Part shown: positions 1-8,302 of the stretch, piece after piece
Layout: every line of letters begins with the position of its first letter
How positions within the stretch are numbered: position 1 is the stretch's first letter
Source of the DNA: a virus
Lineage: Duplodnaviria > Caudoviricetes
DNA length: 25,547 bases
Reading direction: 5' to 3' (one strand)
IMG/VR virus record: IMGVR_UViG_3300017913_003073
Coordinates: 1 to 25,547 of that record
Program-made: the position numbers and the translations under genes
The notes under the pieces: model-generated
Seen by the model: the letters and a program-made list of their open reading frames with translations, nothing else
What the model was told of the DNA's origin: nothing
The model's database searches: none

Positions 1-546
1 AGCCACCCCATATTCCCCTTGGCTCTCCGTGGCGGGGTTTAATGACGGCCCGGACTCTGCTACTAGATTCCCTATTATACCACATGTTTGTTCCGGTGTA
101 AACCGTAAAGCGTTAAAAAAGTTGAATGCTTTTTCCGCTGGTGTAGCACCAAATAAGGACGCTTCGGTTGTCTTTTCTGCGAGTGAGATGTCTGTACGAC
201 CTGTCAATACGGCGAGTTGTTGTGGCGATGGATCTTCTATACTATGGAACGATCCTAATACAAAAGGTTGTTGAGATTGCTTTCCATCTAAGAAGAATCC
301 TACTACCTTAGCACCTTGCATCATCTGTGGCATCTTACCTATACCAGATACACCACCCTCTGTAGATGGTGTAAGGACATTGGCCCAAGGTAGCTTAGTA
401 GATGGTATATCCTCCATTCGAGGGCTGTGGACACCAATGATCCTGACCTGTACTCTACCTAGCTGGAGTGGATCAGCCACACTCGTGATGGTCCCTATGA
501 ACCATCTATGGTCGTCCCCATAGTACTGTTGCTCTATAGTCCTCAT
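1..546 (-). CDS. gp5: Baseplate hub/tail spike-lysozyme gp5, N-terminal part (runs off the left edge; missing from ORF track)
   Basis: Manual translation from ATG 546 (ATGA overlap with upstream stop) gives 182 open codons: MRTIEQQYYGDDHRWFIGTITSVADPLQLGRVQVRIIGVH...LPWANV...VVGFFLDGKQSQQPFVLGS, a gp5 OB-fold signature. This is followed by CGIIGNLVAESGPSLNP, a phage tail lysozyme-like motif. Confidence 0.9.
   Translation of the reverse strand, partial: MRTIEQQYYGDDHRWFIGTITSVADPLQLGRVQVRIIGVHSPRMEDIPSTKLPWANVLTPSTEGGVSGIGKMPQMMQGAKVVGFFLDGKQSQQPFVLGSFHSIEDPSPQQLAVLTGRTDISLAEKTTEASLFGATPAEKAFNFFNALRFTPEQTCGIIGNLVAESGPSLNPATESQGEYGVA
74..102 (-). promoter_or_regulatory. Sigma70-type promoter inside gp5
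   Basis: Minus strand reads TTTACA-ccggaacaaacatgtgg(17)-TATAAT with an extended TGn, the same pattern as the five intergenic early promoters. Confidence 0.45.
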
Positions 547-1901
547 GTCGAACCCTTACGATTAGCTAGCTTCACTACGTTATTCACCGTGTCATACCTA
601 ACCTGTTGATTTGTATTACGAATTAGATGGCGAGTGCTATGGATAAGGTACTTGCCAGATCTCTTGAAGTCCGGAGTGTTATCCGCAGCGGTCCTATTGT
701 CCGCCTTCGGAGCGTTATCCAGGAACTCTATATCTATTGTCTGTCCGATACCATTGTATCCCTGCTCATTCGGGAAGAAGTTACGGCCAGGAATCATCAC
801 CTGCATCTCCGACTTCCTTATGAATTGTCTCATGCTATAGGAAATCGCCTTGGTCGAGTGGTCTGCCGCAGTCAGATCTTCGTGGTAGGAAGGTACATCC
901 GAATAGACGGCACTTGCCGAAATTTGGGTCACTTGCGTAGTACCGTACTCGTGCAGCTTGCCTCGGTGCACCTCGAAGAAGGGATCGTAGTTAGGTGTGT
1001 TCTGCCCCTGTACGACGTTTGCCTGATCTCCGAGCTTGTCGAATATCTGGTCTACTCGATAGTTGATACCGTTGACAGTGAAGTTGTTTGTATCGATGAA
1101 CTGGTACTTGCCAGAGATTCCGCCTTCGTGGGCTATCTTGAGACTGTCCTCTGTGTTCTTTTGTTGGAAAGATGAGATGTTGTAGGCCTGAGCGAGGAAG
1201 GTTTTCTCTGTATCGTTAGTGCCCGACTGGTTGTACTTATAGGATAGAGGGTTAGATGCGGGTGTCTCGAGCATGTCTTGCAATGAGAGGAACCTGACTC
1301 TGTTGTCAAGGAGTGTCGTGAAGGCGTAGAAGGGTAGCCCGAGTGAGCTTGTCGCTCGTTCTGCTAGCCATTGTATGGCTGTATAGGGCCTCCAGTTAGG
1401 GATGATGACTCGCATCTCCTTCTGCCTGACGTCTGACGAGACCCTCAAGGCCCTTGGTTTCTCGAAGTTGTCTGCCAAGATCTTGGAGATGATGGTGTCG
1501 ATAGTACCGTCATAGGCCTTGTTGACGTTCGAGAGGACATCGATATAGCCATCTATGTCCACGAAGTCAAGCGTGATGACCTCTGTCTGGTCGTTTCCCT
1601 TGTTCGTGTTGGCTACCTTATGGATTATGAATGTCTTTTTGAAGCTCTTGAAGGGCGAGTCGGGCAGCAACAGCTCGAGCTCGAGCTTCTCTGTGCCCTG
1701 GAAATCAACCTGAGAATAGAGGTTTGCATCATCCATGATGGTCACGTAGCCGGAAATAGTCAGCTTGTCGATGGACTCGTAGATGCTGAGCTCAATGATC
1801 GAGGCTCGAATGTCCGTTATGTAGAGGCCCTGGCGCTCCGTTCTCAGGTTTGCGCGTCTGATCTGGATGTCATATGGGCTCGTAGTACGAGTAGTACTCA
1901 T
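543..1901 (-). CDS. Baseplate hub protein, gp27-like
   Basis: 452 aa, located between gp53 and gp5. The motifs IYESI..., IIPNWRP..AI.WL and SGKYLI...RH are typical of gp27/late-control-D-like hub proteins. Confidence 0.6.
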   Translation of the reverse strand: MSTTRTTSPYDIQIRRANLRTERQGLYITDIRASIIELSIYESIDKLTISGYVTIMDDANLYSQVDFQGTEKLELELLLPDSPFKSFKKTFIIHKVANTNKGNDQTEVITLDFVDIDGYIDVLSNVNKAYDGTIDTIISKILADNFEKPRALRVSSDVRQKEMRVIIPNWRPYTAIQWLAERATSSLGLPFYAFTTLLDNRVRFLSLQDMLETPASNPLSYKYNQSGTNDTEKTFLAQAYNISSFQQKNTEDSLKIAHEGGISGKYQFIDTNNFTVNGINYRVDQIFDKLGDQANVVQGQNTPNYDPFFEVHRGKLHEYGTTQVTQISASAVYSDVPSYHEDLTAADHSTKAISYSMRQFIRKSEMQVMIPGRNFFPNEQGYNGIGQTIDIEFLDNAPKADNRTAADNTPDFKRSGKYLIHSTRHLIRNTNQQVRYDTVNNVVKLANRKGST

Positions 1902-2626
1902 GATTGTATGGCTTCCTGAAAGGCTCGATAGACACCGATGATGGCATCAGGCTTGATCACGTTGATGATCCGTAGGTCGTCGTTAGTGTTCTTGTACTCG
2001 TCCAGCCATGTTACAGGAGTCAGCTGTGCACCCGGTGCCTGTGCAGGATCGATATCTGTATACTCGAGATCGCCGTTGACATAGTGGTGCACAGAGTTCC
2101 ATTCGTCGGTTGCACCGGCAAGAGTTGCAGTATCGAATCCTGCACCGTTGTCAGAACGGATGATCTCAGAGCCCGTGAACTTGGCACTGTTAGTTCTTTT
2201 CACGATCAGCTGTCCGAAGTCCAGCCTCCTGCGGATGATTGTTCCTGTAGCACCGGATGATAGACCCTCGACAGTCTGTCCCGGCTCGAATACCTGTGAT
2301 AGCGTGTCTCTTGTCGTAAGCGTGAAGAGGTTTCGGTCAGCCTTTGCCTTCTTCTCGAGCTCTCTTTGTGAGAGTGGCCAACCCTGTTCTCGAATGTTAT
2401 CATTCATCATGAAGAACGTGAAGTAGTAGTCCGTGGTTCCATACAGCTTCTTCGATACCTGATCTGGCCTGTCACCGTCAAGGATGTTGTACTTTGTGTA
2501 GAAGGCTACGTTATCACGAACGTCATCGATTACCTGTACGTATGCTGCAAGGTTCTGTACAAAGTTTGGTGTCTTTTCAGTTCCATAGCGATAGAACGTA
2601 GACGGAAAGTTATAGAAATAAGACAT
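1898..2626 (-). CDS. gp53: Baseplate wedge subunit gp53
   Basis: MSYFYNFP start, LysM-like Y.I.DGDRPDQVSKKLYG, WPLS and HHY motifs, and a C-terminal I.VIKP; synteny agrees. Confidence 0.9.
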   Translation of the reverse strand: MSYFYNFPSTFYRYGTEKTPNFVQNLAAYVQVIDDVRDNVAFYTKYNILDGDRPDQVSKKLYGTTDYYFTFFMMNDNIREQGWPLSQRELEKKAKADRNLFTLTTRDTLSQVFEPGQTVEGLSSGATGTIIRRRLDFGQLIVKRTNSAKFTGSEIIRSDNGAGFDTATLAGATDEWNSVHHYVNGDLEYTDIDPAQAPGAQLTPVTWLDEYKNTNDDLRIINVIKPDAIIGVYRAFQEAIQS

Positions 2627-3759
2627 TAGTACCCCTGTGCAATCATCTGTTTGTCAAGTGTTCTGATCTCTGTGAAGGCCATTGAGATGTCTGTCTGTTG
2701 GAACTGGCCGTCTCTCATGAGTGTCATGCCGTTAGGATTGTATGTGGCTTGGAAGCTTGTCAGGTAACAATCCTGAATACGTGTTGCAAGGTGCTTGCTC
2801 GGATTCTTACGATCTCTAATCTTGATCTCAAAGATGTTAGGGAATCGATAGCCGATAGGTACACCGGTCTCTGCTTCCTTGATAGCTTCTGGATACATCT
2901 CATGCCTGAAGAACTTGATGATCCTGTTGATCTCGTCAGCCTCACGGTCAGATGTCGGAATCATGCTGAACGTAAAGTTGAAGGTCCTCATCTGTACACT
3001 TTTGAATAGTGCTCTTGAATTAGGATTAGTGGTTGTCTTCAAGGCTGACTTGATAGCACCACCAGCAGCATCACTCAAGCCAGACGACAATCGTACAGCG
3101 GCGAGTTGCGCAGTGGTGCTGTTCGCATTTGCGGTGAATACGTCGGTAAGAGATGAGATGCCGGCGCCTACACCTTCCATTGCTGCTTCTGTAATGGTAG
3201 ACGTGCCTGCGTTCAAGCCTTTCTCAATAGCTCCACCCATTACACCGAGATCAATGTTTTCAAAGTCAAGGCCATCAGATATGTTGAGTCCAGCTGGCAA
3301 GAACAGATCAGCTGACGTTCCGTAGTCAAATGCTTGTCTAGAAAGAGGAGCTGCCTGTGAAATAGCTGTACTTTGATTGGCTTGTGCATCTGCTGCAATT
3401 GCGCCTAGCTCTTCTGCATCTTCATCTTCAAATTCTGTTGTGGTTGACTTACCAGCATTCAGTTCTTTTTCAATCTTGGTGGCTGCGTTACGTGCTGCTC
3501 TTTCAGCCTCTTGGCTTATCTTTGCAGGCTGTTGAGCTTTGACTGTAAACCTGATGAAAGCGTCATAGTCATCTTGATTGTCAAGTGGAAACCTAAGCTT
3601 CTGCTTGTTCTGGATATATGTATCTGATGCTTGAGGCCCGAGGCCTGTACCAAGGATTCCTTCTAGATAGCCCTTAGCATCCCCTATGACATTATTGATT
3701 TCACGGGCGACACCACCTTTGAGGCGTGTTTCTAAATTTTTGAGATTGAGATCTGCCAT
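2626..3759 (-). CDS. gp48: Baseplate tail-tube cap gp48
   Basis: L.FP, LFLP, NP....LF.....R.F.F.F.MIP....EA..I..II.FF and F.E...L motifs; adjacent to gp53. Confidence 0.85.
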   Translation of the reverse strand: MADLNLKNLETRLKGGVAREINNVIGDAKGYLEGILGTGLGPQASDTYIQNKQKLRFPLDNQDDYDAFIRFTVKAQQPAKISQEAERAARNAATKIEKELNAGKSTTTEFEDEDAEELGAIAADAQANQSTAISQAAPLSRQAFDYGTSADLFLPAGLNISDGLDFENIDLGVMGGAIEKGLNAGTSTITEAAMEGVGAGISSLTDVFTANANSTTAQLAAVRLSSGLSDAAGGAIKSALKTTTNPNSRALFKSVQMRTFNFTFSMIPTSDREADEINRIIKFFRHEMYPEAIKEAETGVPIGYRFPNIFEIKIRDRKNPSKHLATRIQDCYLTSFQATYNPNGMTLMRDGQFQQTDISMAFTEIRTLDKQMIAQGY

Positions 3760-3768
3760 TGCGTGTCC

Positions 3769-3776
3769 GATAAATA
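3769..3776 (+). promoter_or_regulatory. T4-type late promoter (GATAAATA) for gp4
   Basis: One mismatch to TATAAATA, 26 nt upstream of the gp4 ATG, in the divergent gp48/gp4 gap. Confidence 0.6.
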
Positions 3777-3795
3777 GCTAAAAATTTCTTTTTGT

Positions 3796-3803
3796 TATTT
3801 ATA
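3796..3803 (-). promoter_or_regulatory. T4-type late promoter (TATAAATA) for gp48-gp53-hub-gp5
   Basis: Exact consensus on the minus strand upstream of gp48; it faces the plus-strand late promoter. Confidence 0.75.
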
Positions 3804-4291
3804 TGGCATACTCAGGCAAATTCATCGTAGAAAACAAATCAAAATACAAAGGCGACCCTAATAAGGTGGTCTATAGGTCGTTATGGGAGAAACATACATT
3901 TTCGTGGCTTGATATTCACCCTGGTGTGCATTCGTGGAGCAGTGAAGAGGTAGTTATACCTTATTATTACGAGATTGATAAGAGATACCATCGTTACTTT
4001 GTAGATCTCAAAGTTAACTTCAAAAACGGTAAAACTATCCTGGTTGAGATCAAACCGAAGAAGCAGACCGAGCCTCCACAAGGAAAGCGTAAGACAAAAG
4101 GCTATATATCCGAAGCTATGGCCTATGTTAAGAACATGAATAAGTGGGAAGCTGCTGATACCTATGCTAAGGATCGTGGTTGGGAGTTCCAGATATGGAC
4201 CGAAGATACCTTGTATGAGATGGGTATCATGAAAAAGAGGCGCGTACAGAAGCTCGGTAAGAAGCGCATAAAGCCGCTCAAGAAGTTATAA
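3803..4291 (+). CDS. gp4: Head completion nuclease gp4 (TnsA-like fold)
   Basis: MAYSGKF...KYKGD...YRSLWE, WSSEE, HRYFVD, EIKP..QT and N..KW.AA..Y motifs. Confidence 0.93.
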   Translation: MAYSGKFIVENKSKYKGDPNKVVYRSLWEKHTFSWLDIHPGVHSWSSEEVVIPYYYEIDKRYHRYFVDLKVNFKNGKTILVEIKPKKQTEPPQGKRKTKGYISEAMAYVKNMNKWEAADTYAKDRGWEFQIWTEDTLYEMGIMKKRRVQKLGKKRIKPLKKL

Positions 4292-4294
4292 ATA
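4287..4294 (+). promoter_or_regulatory. T4-type late promoter TATAAATA for gp2
   Basis: Exact consensus overlapping the gp4 stop, 5 nt before the gp2 ATG. Confidence 0.75.
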
Positions 4295-4299
4295 GTGTT

Positions 4300-4884
4300 A
4301 TGAGTAATCTATTTCAAAAGTTAGGCTATGAGGCGTTCCGTGCTGGGGTTACTCCACGGACAAGAGAGTCTATGACATGGTTCAGGCAGAAGGCACATCG
4401 TATCAGACGTGTCAATCGCCGTGAGCTAATGAAAGAAGAGCCTATTGAACTGCGGAATACATTCCGCCCTGGCAACATGTTTATGTTCTTCTACGATCCG
4501 AAGACAAAAGATACATTGCCTTATTATGATAAGTTTCCATTGGTTGTTGTAGTAGGTAAAGCGCCAGGTGGATTCTACGGATTGAACCTGCACTACATAT
4601 CGCCATTACTTCGTGCTAAGCTTTTGGATGCTCTGTTAGACAATACTACTGATAAGAGATATGATGAGAATACTCGGTTTAAGATTAACTATGCCATGCT
4701 GAATCGTACATCCAAGTTGAGATTCTATAAGCCTTGCTTTAAGCACTATCTCCTTGACCATGTACAGTCTAGGCTGGCTCATGTACCTGCTCCTGAGTGG
4801 GAGATTGCAACATTCTTGCCTATGGCTGATTGGCGTAAGTCTCGTGCTGCAGCGGTGTATAAATTATCTAAGGATATGATCTAA
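4300..4884 (+). CDS. gp2: DNA end protector protein gp2
   Basis: G.M.MFFYDPK.K..LPYYD.FPL, GLNLHY, KPCFKHYL and EWEIA.FLP motifs. Confidence 0.93.
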   Translation: MSNLFQKLGYEAFRAGVTPRTRESMTWFRQKAHRIRRVNRRELMKEEPIELRNTFRPGNMFMFFYDPKTKDTLPYYDKFPLVVVVGKAPGGFYGLNLHYISPLLRAKLLDALLDNTTDKRYDENTRFKINYAMLNRTSKLRFYKPCFKHYLLDHVQSRLAHVPAPEWEIATFLPMADWRKSRAAAVYKLSKDMI

Positions 4885-5498
4885 TGGCACTTAGTGTAGA
4901 TACATTCAAGGCAAACCTTCGCCAGGGCATGGCGAGAACAAATCTTTATAGGGTTATACTCCCTTCGCTCCCTGGTGCGAATGCTACACAGATAAACACC
5001 TTATGTAAAGCTGTAAACATGCCTGGTCGCCAGATCTTATCATCCGAAAGAACTATGGGTATGAAGACACAGAAGGTAGCATACGGATATGCATCTGATG
5101 ATGTCAACCTTACATTCCACCTGTTACAGGACTATGGAGTAAAGACATACTTCGATACATGGCAAAAGCTGGCTATCAATCAAGAAGATCAGCGTGCCAA
5201 CTATAAAAAAGAATACGCGTATGACGTTATCATACAGCAGTTGAGAAATGATGCTATCCTTGACTTAGGTTTCAATGTTAGCATTCCTTTCTTAGGCAAC
5301 TTTGGTGCAGACATTATTACGCCTGACCAAGTGGCTTTTACATGTATCCTTGAGGATGCATTTCCTACAACCGTAAATGCGATTGAATTTAGCAATGATG
5401 CTGACCAACTCGGTGAACTGTCGGTACAGCTATCATATTCGAACTGGAGAGAAAAAGAAGGCGGTCCGCTTTCAACTCTGCTTAACTTCCTGAGGTAA
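4884..5498 (+). CDS. gp54: Baseplate tail-tube initiator gp54 (gp19 tail-tube family)
   Basis: G.AR.N.Y.V, LCK...MPG, YFD.WQ and DAFP..V...E.S motifs; lies between gp2 and gp26. Confidence 0.75.
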   Translation: MALSVDTFKANLRQGMARTNLYRVILPSLPGANATQINTLCKAVNMPGRQILSSERTMGMKTQKVAYGYASDDVNLTFHLLQDYGVKTYFDTWQKLAINQEDQRANYKKEYAYDVIIQQLRNDAILDLGFNVSIPFLGNFGADIITPDQVAFTCILEDAFPTTVNAIEFSNDADQLGELSVQLSYSNWREKEGGPLSTLLNFLR

Positions 5499-5501
5499 AT
5501 T

Positions 5502-6221
5502 ATGGCCCTTCCTAAAATTAACATGGCACCAAAATATAGCATGACTGTCCCGTCCACGGGTGATGAAGTCATGTTCCGTCCTTTCCTTGTAAAAGAGGAG
5601 AAGGTGCTAATGATGGCTATGGAGACTGGTGACAATAAGTCTTCTCTTACAGCTATCATGGACGTGATTAAATCATGTGTAGATGCAGATATTGATGAAA
5701 ATTCTGTAACTGCATTTGACGTTGAATATATGTTCCTACAGCTACGTGCCAAAAGTGTTGGTGAAACCAGCAGAATCGGTACTGTATGTGAACAATGCAA
5801 CCACGAACAGATGATTGTGGTTCCACTTAACGACATTCAAGTAAAGCAGGCAGAAGAGACATTGCCTGATGTTATTGAGCTCACCAAAGACATTTCAATT
5901 AAAATGAAATGGCCATCATACAGAAACCTGATTGATGCCGGTGTTGAGCCAGAAAAACTAAACGAGCTAGATTCAGTGTTTAAGCTTATTGCTCTTTGTA
6001 TTGACAGTGTAATGACACCAGAAGAGCAGATGAAACTATCTGATGAGTCTGAAGAAGACCAGCAGGAATTTCTCGAAAGCCTGAACTCTGAGCAGTTTAC
6101 AAAGATTAAAGAATACGTGCAAAACATTCCAACTGTTAGATATGATGTAAGTGTAGATTGTGATGGATGTGGAGCAAAGATTGAAAAACCACTAACGGGA
6201 ATAGCTAATTTTTTCTCATAG
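5502..6221 (+). CDS. gp26: Baseplate hub assembly chaperone gp26
   Basis: MALPK...P.Y, FRPFLVKEEK.L.MA.E and FD.EY.FLQLRAKSVGE motifs, two CxxC pairs, and a GIANFFS end. Confidence 0.92.
   Translation: MALPKINMAPKYSMTVPSTGDEVMFRPFLVKEEKVLMMAMETGDNKSSLTAIMDVIKSCVDADIDENSVTAFDVEYMFLQLRAKSVGETSRIGTVCEQCNHEQMIVVPLNDIQVKQAEETLPDVIELTKDISIKMKWPSYRNLIDAGVEPEKLNELDSVFKLIALCIDSVMTPEEQMKLSDESEEDQQEFLESLNSEQFTKIKEYVQNIPTVRYDVSVDCDGCGAKIEKPLTGIANFFS
6209..6215 (+). other. Candidate -1 programmed ribosomal frameshift heptamer T TTT TTC
   Basis: X XXY YYZ pattern in the gp26 reading frame, one codon before its TAG. The -1 frame is open through to 6409. Confidence 0.65.
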
Positions 6222-6250
6222 GCCTCTCCCATGATACACTAGGGAATCAT

Positions 6251-6409
6251 ATGCAGACAAACTTTCAATTGATGCAACATCATAATTATAGTTTGGCAGA
6301 TTTAGATTCGATGATACCTTGGGAACGAGAAGTATACGTACAGATGCTACTTGATTGGTTGAAGGATGAGAGGCAGAGAATAGAAGCTCAAAGCAAAGGT
6401 AGAAAGTAA
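6251..6409 (+). CDS. gp51: gp51-like C-terminal module (52 aa from ATG 6251; frame already open at 6212; missing from ORF track)
   Basis: MQTNFQLMQHHNYSLADLDSMIPWEREVYVQMLLDWLKDE matches the short gp51 family of marine T4-like phages; TAATG coupling to the next gene. Confidence 0.85.
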   Translation: MQTNFQLMQHHNYSLADLDSMIPWEREVYVQMLLDWLKDERQRIEAQSKGRK

Positions 6410-8190
6410 TGCCAAAGCCAACACCAGTGTTTCAGGACATTAAGGCTCAGCTTATTGAGGCTAATGAACAGAGAACTGTCACCAACGAACAGGTGATGGA
6501 GCTCAATCAAACGTTCAAAGATATGTATGCTATGGAGCAGCAAAGTAAGCTTGACGCATTGGAAGCTTCAAGAGAAGCAAGTAATGCTATTGGAGCTCAG
6601 AATGCTGGGCTACAGGCTGCTGCTCAGGGGATGGCTGCTGAAACTGAAAAGAAATCTGGTGGCTTCCTCTCAAAACTTCTAGGTGGCGGCATGATGGTAG
6701 CTGCGGCAGCTGGTCTTGCTGCTATTGTCGGCGGTATCCTTGCGTTTATGAAACTGGATGTCGACAAGATTATTGGTAATGTCAAGAAGCTATTTAGCAT
6801 TGGTGACATGGCTAATAGCTTAGGTGACGCTTTCGAGAAAGGTGGCAAATTCTTCCTTATAATGTCTGGTCTTGGTGCTGGTCTCGCTATCTTTGGCGTT
6901 GGATCAGCTGTAGCTGGATTGTCTGACGCTCTGCTTAATTTTACAAATCCTGACTGGGCTTCAAGTATTGTCAATAATGTAACTACCTTGCTTGAGATCA
7001 ATAACTTAGCTGGAGATAGTGTAGTGAAAACTGCAGCTACTTTCTTGGCGATTATGGGATCTCTTGGTGCAGGTCTTGCGATCTTTGGTATAGGATCAGC
7101 TGTAGCTGGATTAGCTAGCGCATTGCTTGACTTCACTACTCCAAACTGGGCTGCAACAATTAAAGATAATGCAAAGACTCTGCTTGAGATTGGTTCGCTA
7201 CCTCTTGGTGATGCGGCCGGATTCATAGCAAATATGACAGCCCTTAGCGTTGGCTTGGCTGTGTTTGGCGTAGGTGCAGCTGCCGGTGGGCTAGGTATGG
7301 CATTGGTCAACTTTACTAACCCAGAATGGGCGCAAAGTATTGTCAGCAATGTCACTACACTAATCGGAATCGCAGATATTCCTATGTCAGATACTGCAGC
7401 ATTTGTGGCTACAATGACTGGAATATCAGCTGGCCTTATAGCGTTTGCTGGCGGTTCAGCATTTGCTGCAATTGTAGATTTCTTTGTTGGTGACGATCAG
7501 GCTGACAAGATGGCCAAAAATGTAGGCACATTGATTGATATCGTCAATGATCCTAGAATGGGCGATGATCCTGTTTATAAAGCAACTCAATTCAAGTCGG
7601 CATTGACTGTAATCGGTGAGGGTCTGGCTAACTTCTCAAAGGGCTCATTCCTTGGTGCATTGGCTGGTGCCGGTGAAACTCTATTAGGCTTTTTTGGCCT
7701 CGGTAGAGAAAGTCCATTTGAAGCTATTCTTGGTGTTGCGCAAAACGCAGATGGATTGGATAAAGGCGCCGATGCTATTGAACGTCTTGGCTTCTCATTA
7801 GAAAAGATTTCTAAGCTGAAGTTTGAAGGCGGTGGCATGGGTCTTAAAGATCTGGCCGAAGATATGCTGTATGCAATACCATCAATTGAGACTGCAATCA
7901 ACGGTGGTACAGTAGGTGCAGGTATGATTTTTTCTGGTACTAAAATCAAAGGCCTTGCATCTCCTGACATCAAGTTCGATGAAGCAGTAGAAAACATTAA
8001 GAAGGTTAGAGTTATGATTGGGGCAGATTTACAAGATGCTCAGATGCAAGCTCAGGCTGCACAAGGTGCTAACGGTGGTGGCGGCACAGTTGTTAACAAC
8101 ACAACCAATAACTCAGGCGGTGGATCAATGATGATTGCACCGCAAGCTTCAGTATATCCTAACAGCAACGCAGCAGACTTCTTTAGGTAA
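6409..8190 (+). CDS. Probable tail tape-measure protein (gp29 analogue)
   Basis: 593 aa with a coiled-coil N-terminus, Ala/Gly-rich hydrophobic repeats and a C-terminal VVNNTTNN tract. It occupies the gp29 position between gp26/51 and gp32. Confidence 0.7.
   Translation: MPKPTPVFQDIKAQLIEANEQRTVTNEQVMELNQTFKDMYAMEQQSKLDALEASREASNAIGAQNAGLQAAAQGMAAETEKKSGGFLSKLLGGGMMVAAAAGLAAIVGGILAFMKLDVDKIIGNVKKLFSIGDMANSLGDAFEKGGKFFLIMSGLGAGLAIFGVGSAVAGLSDALLNFTNPDWASSIVNNVTTLLEINNLAGDSVVKTAATFLAIMGSLGAGLAIFGIGSAVAGLASALLDFTTPNWAATIKDNAKTLLEIGSLPLGDAAGFIANMTALSVGLAVFGVGAAAGGLGMALVNFTNPEWAQSIVSNVTTLIGIADIPMSDTAAFVATMTGISAGLIAFAGGSAFAAIVDFFVGDDQADKMAKNVGTLIDIVNDPRMGDDPVYKATQFKSALTVIGEGLANFSKGSFLGALAGAGETLLGFFGLGRESPFEAILGVAQNADGLDKGADAIERLGFSLEKISKLKFEGGGMGLKDLAEDMLYAIPSIETAINGGTVGAGMIFSGTKIKGLASPDIKFDEAVENIKKVRVMIGADLQDAQMQAQAAQGANGGGGTVVNNTTNNSGGGSMMIAPQASVYPNSNAADFFR
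6850..7485 (+). repeat. Three to four degenerate ~60-64 aa repeats in the tape-measure gene
   Basis: The unit M.gLgaGLAiFGvGsAvaGL..AL.nFTnP.WA.sI..N..TL..I recurs, and the DNA GGATCAGCTGTAGCTGGATT occurs twice 192 nt apart. Confidence 0.85.
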
Positions 8191-8214
8191 AAGAAAGGGG
8201 AGCCGAAGCTCCCC
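8189..8214 (-). terminator. Intrinsic terminator for gp32 (C-UUCG-G loop)
   Basis: Minus strand reads GGGGAGC-TTCG-GCTCCCC-TTTCTTTT, between convergent genes. Confidence 0.9.
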
Positions 8215-8221
8215 AATCCCC

Positions 8222-8302
8222 GACTACCGAAGTAGTCTCTCCTTTCTAGTTGTACCAACTTTCGCCCGAGTCTTACTCAGCGGCAAGGCCTAACAGGTTG
8301 GC
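8222..8302 (-). ncRNA. Candidate structured RNA in the gp32 3' UTR
   Basis: GCCAAC/GTTGGT closing stem enclosing CCT-GTT-AGG and TTGC-cg-CTGAGT-AAG-ACTCGG-GCGA, then GACTAC-TTCG-GTAGTC. Folded by eye. Confidence 0.45.

Noticed and set aside
280-3000. Apparent higher GC and scarcity of A/T runs in the gp5-gp48 block
   Set aside because: This is a visual impression only and may reflect C/G-ending codon preference of structural genes; it cannot be supported without a sliding-window composition analysis.
29-3325. Plus-strand ORFs 29-274, 627-1175, 1620-1919, 2148-2426, 2698-3009, 2879-3325
   Set aside because: They are antisense shadows of well-supported minus-strand baseplate genes, with no recognisable motifs or translation signals.
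3803-4291. TnsA-like nuclease as a transposon or homing endonuclease
   Set aside because: Sequence and position next to gp2 identify the core gene gp4; no terminal repeats or insertion signature are present.
6227-6250. H-type pseudoknot downstream of the slippery site (TCCC/GGGA with ATGAT/ATCAT)
   Set aside because: The stems are 4-5 bp and two connecting loops would be zero length, so the geometry is implausible; at most they are alternative weak hairpins.
5201-7997. Minus-strand ORFs 5201-5836, 5837-6232, 6624-7355, 7587-7997
   Set aside because: They are antisense to gp54, gp26 and the tape measure gene; long open frames are expected from the codon bias of the real genes.
8254-8302. Hammerhead ribozyme (CTGAG...GAAA)
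   Set aside because: The CUGANGA core is not matched and the CTGAGT segment is paired in a stem; it is kept only as an unclassified structured RNA.
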